64,000 bases of DNA from an uncultured Gemmatimonadales bacterium (GTDB lineage Bacteria > Gemmatimonadota > Gemmatimonadetes > Longimicrobiales > Gaopeijiaceae): NCBI GenBank assembly GCA_963809895.1, contig CAWELD010000003.1:1216001-1280000 (forward strand). Direction: 5' to 3'. Positions within the stretch are counted from its first letter, which is position 1. Each line of letters opens with the position of its first letter. The notes under the pieces were generated by a model. That model had not been told where the DNA came from, did not search any database, and saw only the letters and a list, made by a program, of their open reading frames with translations. The position numbers and the translations under genes were made by a program. Positions 31,586-39,105 of this stretch are shown here, in pieces.

Positions 31586-31621
31586 CGTATAGATTATACG
31601 TGGACAATTTCTCTCACGCAA
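31586..31621 (-). promoter_or_regulatory. Sigma70 promoter overlapped by a palindromic operator (candidate GntR site)
   Basis: Minus strand TTGCGT-N17-TATAAT (31621-31593); palindrome CGTATA-gat-TATACG at 31586-31600 covers the -10. Confidence 0.7.
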
Positions 31622-32088
31622 AGACCCGCCCTGCAGCTCTCACCGGACGAGCCGGCCTGAAAGGGGATGACGAGAGGACCAGGTCGAACTCGTACCCCAG
31701 GCCGATGGAGTCCTGTCGAAGTTGTCTCCGCCTTCAGACCGTGCCGCTGACCCGGGAAGAAGGGCGTGGTGGATCGGTCGAGTACAGATGTCCCCGGGGC
31801 ACGCGGAGGACCGGCTCGATCGTGAAGACGGGATGATCGGCCTGATCTCGGAGAGGATTGCCTCGCACACCGCGAGGCAGGACGTCACGTAGAAGACCTG
31901 GTGGGACTACCAGAACAGCGTGGACGAGTGTGTGGTCGGTGCGCCTTGGATGATCGCCAGCCCTTCCGGCCCGCGAGATCCGCTGCGACGGTCCTAACTC
32001 CTCTCGTGTGCAGTCGGTGCTGAACTGAGCCTTCCCGGGCCTCCCGTCACGAATCCAACCAACGATGCCGCCCGATCGCCAGGCTCCT

Positions 32089-33414
32089 TCACGACGTGGA
32101 GTTCAAGTTGGGATTGTTGACCTCCTCGTCGAGCGGGATCGGCAGACAACGCGCGTCCTCGTAGGTGCCACCAAGCCGATAGGCTGAGCCCGGCTCCGGC
32201 TCGAGCGGAAGGTCGTAGAAACGAATGTCCCCCATCCGGTGCGAATCCAGGAAGAGCTCGGCACGTCGCTCGTACATGAGCTGGGCCCGGATCTCCGCGG
32301 CATCGTCGCTCGTGAACGGGGGCAGATCGACTCCGGGGCGCGTGCGGACGGCGTTGATCGCCACCACGGCTGACGCGTTGTCGCCAGCGGCAAGCTCCGC
32401 CTCGGCGATGATCAGCTGCGCCTCCGCCCACGTGGCCACGGGTATCGGCGAGCCAAGCCCAGCGTACTTGTTCTGGACATAGATGTGTACGCCCGAGACC
32501 TCACGTCCCGCGTCGATGACCGGGATGCGTGGGTCGTCGCTGTCGCGGAACGAGGGCGAAACCGTGAGGAAGTTCGCCTGGCTGTTGCTGTAGAAGACCC
32601 AGTTGATACGCCGGGAGGGTGCCGAGGCCATCCCAGCGTTGAACACGAACCCGGCGGGCACCTGGCTCGCGTGCTGTTCCGCCTCGGACAACCGGCCCAT
32701 CCGGGCCAGCGCTCGGGCGCTCCCGACATGGGCAAGCCCTGTGAGGTCCGCATCGGCGCCGATCTGCAGCGTCGTGCTGAAGTCGGCGAGCGCCCGCTCG
32801 AAGATGCCCTGGGTATCCACGTCGGGGCCGAGATCGAAGGGCGTCGAGCACATCGCCTCGCCAAGCAACAGCGTTGCATATCCGGCGTAGGCGGCAGCCC
32901 TCTCCCGGATCAAGTCGGGGTTCTGAACCCGGTCACCCCACTCGTCGACGAGCTGGATGAGGTGCTCGCCCTGGAACCGCGCCGTGTGAAGCGGCTTGTA
33001 CACGCCTGGCAGCGTACCCTGGTGTGGGGCCGAGCAGGTGCCGTAGGCGTAGGCGGCATCGAAGCCGGAGGTCGGCGTGCGCCGTGCATCGATGGCTCCC
33101 CAGGCTTCGCTGCCGCTCGCCGCCTCGAGTTCGTCGGAGAAGTCGGCGCTGAACGCCGAATACATGGAGAAGGCGCATTCGAAATCACCCTGCACGCCCG
33201 CCAACAGCGTCAACGCGTTCTCAGGCTGCTCGATCACCTCGGCCTGGATGCGGGAGGGCGCCTCCACGTCCACCAGGCCGTCCAAGACATCGCAGGCGCC
33301 CAGGAGAGGGAGCACCAGCGCAGCCGTGAGCGCCAACGCGCGCCGCGAAACACTCTTGGCACCATCGTATCGCTTCGTATGTGGGCTCATCGTTCTTGCT
33401 CGGTTCCTTGGCAT
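32089..33414 (-). CDS. susD: SusD/RagB-family surface lipoprotein
   Basis: Lipobox LLGAC, EAQLIIAEA, INAVR, ERRAELFLDSHRMGDIR, PIPLDE..NNPN; follows susC. Confidence 0.88.
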   Translation of the reverse strand: MPRNRARTMSPHTKRYDGAKSVSRRALALTAALVLPLLGACDVLDGLVDVEAPSRIQAEVIEQPENALTLLAGVQGDFECAFSMYSAFSADFSDELEAASGSEAWGAIDARRTPTSGFDAAYAYGTCSAPHQGTLPGVYKPLHTARFQGEHLIQLVDEWGDRVQNPDLIRERAAAYAGYATLLLGEAMCSTPFDLGPDVDTQGIFERALADFSTTLQIGADADLTGLAHVGSARALARMGRLSEAEQHASQVPAGFVFNAGMASAPSRRINWVFYSNSQANFLTVSPSFRDSDDPRIPVIDAGREVSGVHIYVQNKYAGLGSPIPVATWAEAQLIIAEAELAAGDNASAVVAINAVRTRPGVDLPPFTSDDAAEIRAQLMYERRAELFLDSHRMGDIRFYDLPLEPEPGSAYRLGGTYEDARCLPIPLDEEVNNPNLNSTS

Positions 33415-33418
33415 GGGT

Positions 33419-36400
33419 TCAAAACGTCAGGTTGATCGTCGTCACGAGCGTGAATGGCAACGGCAGGACTGCCTGGTTCTGGTTGGCGAGCCCGTAGTTC
33501 ACCGGGGTGAATGCCTCCGGGTCCTGGACCTGGAATGGGTTGGATTTCTGCAGCACCCACAGGTTGCGCGCGGCGACCGTCACAGTGGCCCGGGACCCAC
33601 CGAACTGGTCGACGAGCGTCTGGGGCAGCGTGTAGCTGGCCGAGAGCTCACGCAGCTTGCCGTAGTCGTTCGCCATGACGAAGCGATCGGTGAAGAGACC
33701 CGCTTGCACGCCACACGCCGCGACGTCGACGGGATCGAAGCGCTCGGGGTAGACGTCGATTTCATGCACCCGGTAGATGGCGCATTTGAGCGCCCCATCC
33801 ACGTTGAAGTAGTGCCCGCCGAGGCGGAAATCGAACGATCCGTGCAAACGAAGGCGGTCGAACAAGGTCAGCGTCGTCGAGAGCGAGCCCTCCTGTTTCG
33901 GCGCCGCCTGGCCGAGGAAGACAGCTGGGGCCTGCGAGCAGGACACACCATTCCCACTACCATCGTCGCAGACCACGTTGACGGGATTCCCGTCGGCATC
34001 CAGATCCGCGCTGAGGATGCGCGTACCCCAGTATGAGTTGACGGGGTAGCCCGGTGTGTCCCGGTTCGGGATCCAGCCAACGGGGATGTACGGCACATTC
34101 GGGAGGTTCAACGCCACCACTTCGTTGGCATTGGTGGTCAGGTTTAACGTCAGGTCCCAGGTCACGTTGTCAGAACGAATCGGTGTGCCCCGGAGTTGCA
34201 GCTCCATCCCCGTGTTCTTGACCTCGCCGCCGTTGACCACCTGCGACGAGGGGAAGCCGGTCGAGCCAGCCACGTTGCGTGGGACGATGGCGTCCGTCGT
34301 CCGCTGGTTGTAGTAGGTGAAGTCCAGCCCGAGCCGGTCATCGAACAGCCCGGCGTCGAAGCCCATCTCGATCTCCTTGCCCCGCTCCGGACCGAGGTTG
34401 GGGTTGCCCACGTAGGTCGGCGTGGCCGCCGGCTTGCCGTCGCCGCCGGTGATGGGCTGGTAGGTCCGAATCGCCGCGAACGCCGCTGGCTGCTGCCCGG
34501 ACTCGCCATACGCCGCACGCAGTCGAAATTGATTGACGAATCCGAAGTCGAAAAACGGTTCCTCGCTGAGGACCCAGCTCGCGCTGACCTTCGGGTAGGT
34601 CACTAGGTCGAAGTTGGCCCCGAAGGCGCTATTGTCGTCTGCCCGGAGCGCGCCGGTGAGAAAGAGCCGGTCCTCCCAGGAGAGCTGCTCCTGGACGTAC
34701 AGCCCGACCGTCGTTGCCTCGACGAAGTCCTCTGATACCTGGCGCGGCCCCGAGATCCCCGCGATCGTCGTCAGGCCTGGCGCGGGAAACTGGCTGCCTG
34801 AGAGCGAAGAACCGGTGCTCAACCGTCGATAGTATTGGAACCCACCGGACGTGCTGCTGGTCAGCTTCTCGGTGACCGGCAGCTTCAGCGTCGCACCGTA
34901 GTCGAGCGTTGTATAGGTGGCATCGCCCTCGAAGATGTTCTTGTAGCCGAGCCGGTTCGTGGCGCTGAAGAAGTCCGCGAACTCATCAGGTACGAACGGC
35001 ACCACGATGGTGTTCTTCTCGTGGGTGAGGTCCAGCCCTACCTCGAGGCGCTGCGTGAAGAAGTCGGTCGGCTGATGCTCGATCCTGAGGCCGCCCGTGA
35101 CGTGGTCGAAGTCCTGATAGAGATCTTCCGTGGCATCCCGCACGTCCGGCCGGCCGAAGAGGAACCCCAGCGTGTTCGATTCCTTCTGCTGCGGCAGACC
35201 GTAGTATCCGGACAGCAGGTAGTTGCCATCGAAGGTGTCGATACGACCACGGGCGATGCTCAGGCTGGTGTTCACATTCAGCGTCTGCGCTGGATGGAAG
35301 CCCAGGTTCATTCGACCACTGAATTTCCGCGAGAGATTGCCCGGCAGCACCCCCTGGTCGCGATCGTAGTTCACCGCGGTGTAATACGTGAGATTGTCCC
35401 CGCCTCCTGACACATCCGCCCCATAGCCCTGCAGACGTCCGCGCCGGAGGTAGTCGAAGCCAACCTCATGCATCTGGTCGACCGCGTTCCATGTCAGCAC
35501 TTCGCCGGTCGTCGGGTCCCGCCACATCGTGGTGCCCATCGTCTTCGCTTCGTTCGGGAACCATGACGCACCCTGCCGTAGTCGCAAGTGGACGCGGGGA
35601 CGGCCTTCATGGCCCCTCTTCGTGATGATCTGGATCACACCCGCACTCGCTTCCGTCCCGTACAGTGTCGCCGCGGCCGGGCCCTTGATCACCTCGATGC
35701 GCTCGATCTCATCCGGATTGATATCATCCATCCGCGAGATCACGTCCCCCCCACTCGCGCCTGTTGACGGGCCCGTCGAGAAGGAGTTGTTCACCCGGAC
35801 CCCATCGACATAGATGAGGGGATTGCCCACGAACTGCATGCTGCTCCGGCCCCGGATCCGAACCCGTGAACCGGCTCCAGCGATTCCCTGTGCCTGCCGC
35901 AACGTCACCCCCGGTACCCGTGCCGTCAGCATCTGACTAACGTCAGCCACGGCCGCGAGCTCCGCGATCGGTCCTGCGTCGATTTGAGCCACGGCGTTGC
36001 CGAGAGAGCGCTTGGTCTGTTCGCCGGCCGTACCCGTCACTACGAGCTCGTCCAGACTGATCGCCGAGGGTTGAAGCTCGATCCGGATGTCTCGGTCTCC
36101 CGTCGATACCGCCTGCGTCGCATCCCGGTAGCCGAGCATCGCCACGCGCAGGGTCACCCGGCTGCCCGTCAATCCGGTGATTCTGAACTGCCCCCGGGAG
36201 TCGGTGAGTGTACCCCGCTGCGTCCCCTCGACGACCACCTGTGCCCCGGCAATCGGTTGCAGATTCCCACCGTTGACAACGACGCCTGCCACAACAGGCT
36301 CCTGGAGGTCGCCGATGGGCATGACCGCAGGTGGTCCATTCCCGTCGAGTCGCATGGCCATCCGGGGCAATGGGAGAAGCTCGGGGAGCCTCGGCTCGAC

Positions 36401-36760
36401 AGCGGCGGGCATGACCGCCACCTCGCCCTTGAGCTCCCGGTACAGAAGCGGTGTATTTGCCAGCAGCCTCTCCAGCGCCGTTCCGACGGTGGCTTCTTCG
36501 CACCTGCACGAGACGAGATGCTCTGCCGGCAGCTTGCTGGGGCTGAAGGCGATTACGACACCGGAGCTGGTGGACAGCTGTCGGAGCGCGACGTCGAGGA
36601 AGGCCTCCTGCACCAACAGGTTGGCCGAATAGTCCAAGAGGGGGCGGTAAGCCTGACGCCCAGTGCCCTGAAGGCTGGCGACCTCCTGGCCGAGTACGGG
36701 CGTGGCAACGGCGAGAACCAACGCGACCGCCGAAGCCACTGTCCAGGTGCGATGCGACAT
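33419..36760 (-). CDS. susC: SusC/RagA TonB-dependent transporter with N-terminal STN signalling domain
   Basis: STN-like ALRQLS...TVGTALERLL, LDELVVTG, plug PLIYVDGV, DINPDEIERIEVIKGPAAATLYG..ASAGVIQIITKRG, terminal Phe. Confidence 0.93.
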   Translation of the reverse strand: MSHRTWTVASAVALVLAVATPVLGQEVASLQGTGRQAYRPLLDYSANLLVQEAFLDVALRQLSTSSGVVIAFSPSKLPAEHLVSCRCEEATVGTALERLLANTPLLYRELKGEVAVMPAAVEPRLPELLPLPRMAMRLDGNGPPAVMPIGDLQEPVVAGVVVNGGNLQPIAGAQVVVEGTQRGTLTDSRGQFRITGLTGSRVTLRVAMLGYRDATQAVSTGDRDIRIELQPSAISLDELVVTGTAGEQTKRSLGNAVAQIDAGPIAELAAVADVSQMLTARVPGVTLRQAQGIAGAGSRVRIRGRSSMQFVGNPLIYVDGVRVNNSFSTGPSTGASGGDVISRMDDINPDEIERIEVIKGPAAATLYGTEASAGVIQIITKRGHEGRPRVHLRLRQGASWFPNEAKTMGTTMWRDPTTGEVLTWNAVDQMHEVGFDYLRRGRLQGYGADVSGGGDNLTYYTAVNYDRDQGVLPGNLSRKFSGRMNLGFHPAQTLNVNTSLSIARGRIDTFDGNYLLSGYYGLPQQKESNTLGFLFGRPDVRDATEDLYQDFDHVTGGLRIEHQPTDFFTQRLEVGLDLTHEKNTIVVPFVPDEFADFFSATNRLGYKNIFEGDATYTTLDYGATLKLPVTEKLTSSTSGGFQYYRRLSTGSSLSGSQFPAPGLTTIAGISGPRQVSEDFVEATTVGLYVQEQLSWEDRLFLTGALRADDNSAFGANFDLVTYPKVSASWVLSEEPFFDFGFVNQFRLRAAYGESGQQPAAFAAIRTYQPITGGDGKPAATPTYVGNPNLGPERGKEIEMGFDAGLFDDRLGLDFTYYNQRTTDAIVPRNVAGSTGFPSSQVVNGGEVKNTGMELQLRGTPIRSDNVTWDLTLNLTTNANEVVALNLPNVPYIPVGWIPNRDTPGYPVNSYWGTRILSADLDADGNPVNVVCDDGSGNGVSCSQAPAVFLGQAAPKQEGSLSTTLTLFDRLRLHGSFDFRLGGHYFNVDGALKCAIYRVHEIDVYPERFDPVDVAACGVQAGLFTDRFVMANDYGKLRELSASYTLPQTLVDQFGGSRATVTVAARNLWVLQKSNPFQVQDPEAFTPVNYGLANQNQAVLPLPFTLVTTINLTF

Positions 36761-36829
36761 GCTCCTCACTCCCCTGTTGAGATTCGCTGCTCGGTGAGAC
36801 GCCGAAGGCAGCTCACTTGCATCCATTCC

Positions 36830-37801
36830 CTATGTGGGCCGGACGACGATGGAGTCGTCCCGCATGGTGTATTCCGCACCGACTATGGCGCAGAGCACCT
36901 CCAGGACCTCGTCCAGCGGCCGGTCGGAGAACCATGCATCCACCGTCGCTTCCATAAGAGCCGAGTCGGCGATGGTGATGGTGGCACTGTAGTGCTGCTC
37001 CACTTCGGCCAGGGCGACCCGCAACGGCGTGGATTGGAAGGCGAGGAAATTGCCGGTCCACTGCAGATCCGCCTGGACGTCCTGCACGGACTCCACCGGC
37101 AGCGCCGCGCCCCGTGCCACGCCCGTTTCCTGTCCCGCCCGGGCCTCTCTCCGCTGTCCATTCACCGAGACAGCCACATGTCCTTGCACGACCACGACCC
37201 GTAGATGCTCCGGTTGCGCCGACAGGTCGAAGCGCGTCCCGAGGACCTCCACGTCACCGCTGTTGGTGTGGATCCGGAATGGGTGGTCCGGATCCGACGC
37301 GACCGCGAAATAGCCGCGTCCGGCGAAAGTGACCTCGCGCTTGCCGCCGGCCGTCCGCTTGAGTCGGCTGTCGGGCGCCAAGCGGACCACCGTTCCGTCG
37401 TGGAGGCTCACGGTTGCCTTCTGGAAGGGTCCCGTAACGAATTCATCCGCTGTGAAGCTCGACGTCTCGGGGCCCCGGTCTCGGATTTCGGCGAGGCTGA
37501 TGCCCAGGACTACGAGCCCGGCCGCGGCCAGGGTGCGGAGCCCCCACCGCCGTAACGGCCAGCGCACCGCGTTGCCGGTCCATTGCGATTCGGCGCGGCG
37601 AATGAGCTCCGCTGGCTTCGACAACTGCGGCGCCGGTCGGGAAGCTTCACTCTCCGAGCTCGCCGCCAGGATCCGTTCGTAGGCCCGATATTCCTGCTCG
37701 TTTTCCGCCCGGGCCCTTCGCCATGCCTCGACGGCCGCGCGCTCACTCTCGCTGCACCGGTTCTTCAAGGCCAGGAAGATCAGCTCGGTATCTATGTTCA
37801 T
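36830..37801 (-). CDS. fecR: FecR-family anti-sigma/transmembrane sensor
   Basis: N-terminal ERAAVEAW, one TM, LHDGTVVRL, GYFAVA, VEVLGTRF, FQSTPL..ALAEVE. Confidence 0.92.
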   Translation of the reverse strand: MNIDTELIFLALKNRCSESERAAVEAWRRARAENEQEYRAYERILAASSESEASRPAPQLSKPAELIRRAESQWTGNAVRWPLRRWGLRTLAAAGLVVLGISLAEIRDRGPETSSFTADEFVTGPFQKATVSLHDGTVVRLAPDSRLKRTAGGKREVTFAGRGYFAVASDPDHPFRIHTNSGDVEVLGTRFDLSAQPEHLRVVVVQGHVAVSVNGQRREARAGQETGVARGAALPVESVQDVQADLQWTGNFLAFQSTPLRVALAEVEQHYSATITIADSALMEATVDAWFSDRPLDEVLEVLCAIVGAEYTMRDDSIVVRPT

Positions 37802-37848
37802 CAGCAGTTGGTTCAGGTTGAGGCCTGGTCCGTCACGTTCAGGAGCAA

Positions 37849-37876
37849 GACGAAAGCACCCAGGCTCTTGTACCTA
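37849..37876 (-). promoter_or_regulatory. Candidate ECF-sigma promoter, copy 4
   Basis: Minus strand TAGGTACAA-N15-CGTC, about 48 nt upstream of fecR. Confidence 0.78.
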
Positions 37877-38115
37877 TCGCCCAGGAGCTCAGGTAGCCGT
37901 TGGACGGTTGTCGCGGTATCAGGAGGTGTCGATCAGCCCCAGTTGGTCCGGGGGCGCAGGAGTAGGTCGCCTCACCTGCCCCGTCCGACTTCGGTCACGG
38001 CCTCGGATCGAACCTTGCTATCGGTCCTCGCTCCGCGAGTCCCGGCGCACCCACGCGTTCCGCGCGGGTCCCCGCGCCTCCCGACCGCCTCGACCTTGCA
38101 GGTGTTCCCAAACGC

Positions 38116-38152
38116 GAAAGGCCTGACCACCAGATCGGTGATCAGGCCTTTC
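38116..38152. terminator. Hairpin in the repeat unit, possible terminator
   Basis: GAAAGGCCTGACCACC-agatc-GGTGATCAGGCCTTTC. Confidence 0.55.
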
Positions 38153-38376
38153 AGCATGGAGGCGGCGGGAGTAAGCTGCGGCGCGCCTCACGGCGCGTCC
38201 TCGCTTTCCTCGGCAGGGTCGGTGAGCCCACTCGCCCGCTGAACACGTTGCCTCGCCTACTCCGCCCGACTTCGGTCATGGCCTCGGATCGAACCTCGCT
38301 ACCAGCGCTCTCGCTTCGCTCGACCGCTGGCGGGTTCGCCTCCCGCCGCCTCGGCCCAACTGGTATTCCCATACCC

Positions 38377-38413
38377 GAAAGGCCTGACCACCGAATCGGT
38401 GATCAGGCCTTTC
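38377..38413. terminator. Hairpin in the repeat unit, possible terminator
   Basis: GAAAGGCCTGACCACCG-aat-CGGTGATCAGGCCTTTC. Confidence 0.55.
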
Positions 38414-38623
38414 AGCATGGAGGCGGCGGGAGTAAGCTGCGGCGCGCCTGACGGCGCGTCCTCGCTTTCCTCGGCAGGGTCGGTGGACCTGCTCGCCCGC
38501 TGAACGCCTTGCCTCGCCTACTCCGCCCGACTTCGGTCATGGCCTCGGATCGAACCTCGCTACCAGCGCTCTCGCTTCGCTCGACCGCTGGCGGGTTCGC
38601 CTCCCGCCGCCTCCACTCGGCAT

Positions 38624-38661
38624 AAACAAAACGGCCCTACCGGGCTGAGCCGGTAGGGCCG
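38624..38661 (-). terminator. Intrinsic terminator of ssrA
   Basis: CGGCCCTACCGG/CCGGTAGGGCCG stem followed on the minus strand by TTTTGTTT. Confidence 0.8.
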
Positions 38662-38663
38662 AG

Positions 38664-39015
38664 TGGAGGCGGCGGGAGTCGAACCCGCGTCCGCGAATGG
38701 GTCCCTTCGAGCTTCTACGTGCGTAGAGCGTTGGGTGTCTCGCCGCCGGCCGGCCAACGCACAACCGGACCAGGGCCAGTCATCTGAAATCTCACCTGCG
38801 GCAGGATGACGCTACCGCGAGGCCAGCCCGACTCATCGTCGTCTGCAGGAGCCGCCTCGGGCGGGCGACTCAGGAGACGGGCACGTAAGGGTTACTTACG
38901 CAGCCAGCGCCAGATCAGTGTTGGCAGCTATTGGTTTTCCCGAGGATTTACGAGGTATCGGGACCTCGGCACGCTACTCGAACTTCACCAAACACGTCGA
39001 AACCGTGACGCCCCC
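38664..39015 (-). ncRNA. ssrA: tmRNA, tag (A)ANTDLALAA*
   Basis: 5' GGGGGCG..GGTTTCGAC; 3' GACGCGGGTTCGACTCCCGCCGCCTCCA; G3-U acceptor pair; tag ORF GCC AAC ACT GAT CTG GCG CTG GCT GCG TAA at 38925-38896; CCA not encoded. Confidence 0.96.
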
Positions 39016-39105
39016 GTTTTTTCAATCAGCGTTCCATCCTACCCGGCCCCCGGGGCTGGGGTCCGTCCTCCTGAGACCGAGCCAATTCGGAGGCCCGGAT
39101 CTCGA

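Larger units (their letters stand above)
37969..38621. repeat. tmRNA-linked tandem repeat array (about 2.5 units, 261-bp period)
   Basis: 38116-38352 and 38377-38613 are nearly identical; diverged partial copy at 37969-38115; TGGAGGCGGCGGGAGT at 38157, 38418 and 38664 (ssrA). Confidence 0.92.

Noticed and set aside
31630..32080. Possible pseudogene between the dehydrogenase promoter and susD
   Set aside because: Coding-like patches with stops but no recognisable family; needs tBLASTx
38157..38433. Additional tRNA genes at the TGGAGGCGGCGGGAGT copies
   Set aside because: Only the 3' 16 nt and a displaced GGTTCGA are present; no D-arm or anticodon arm is recognisable
37969..38621. CRISPR array interpretation of the repeats near ssrA
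   Set aside because: Whole 261-bp units are duplicated with no unique spacers, and there are no cas genes in the window
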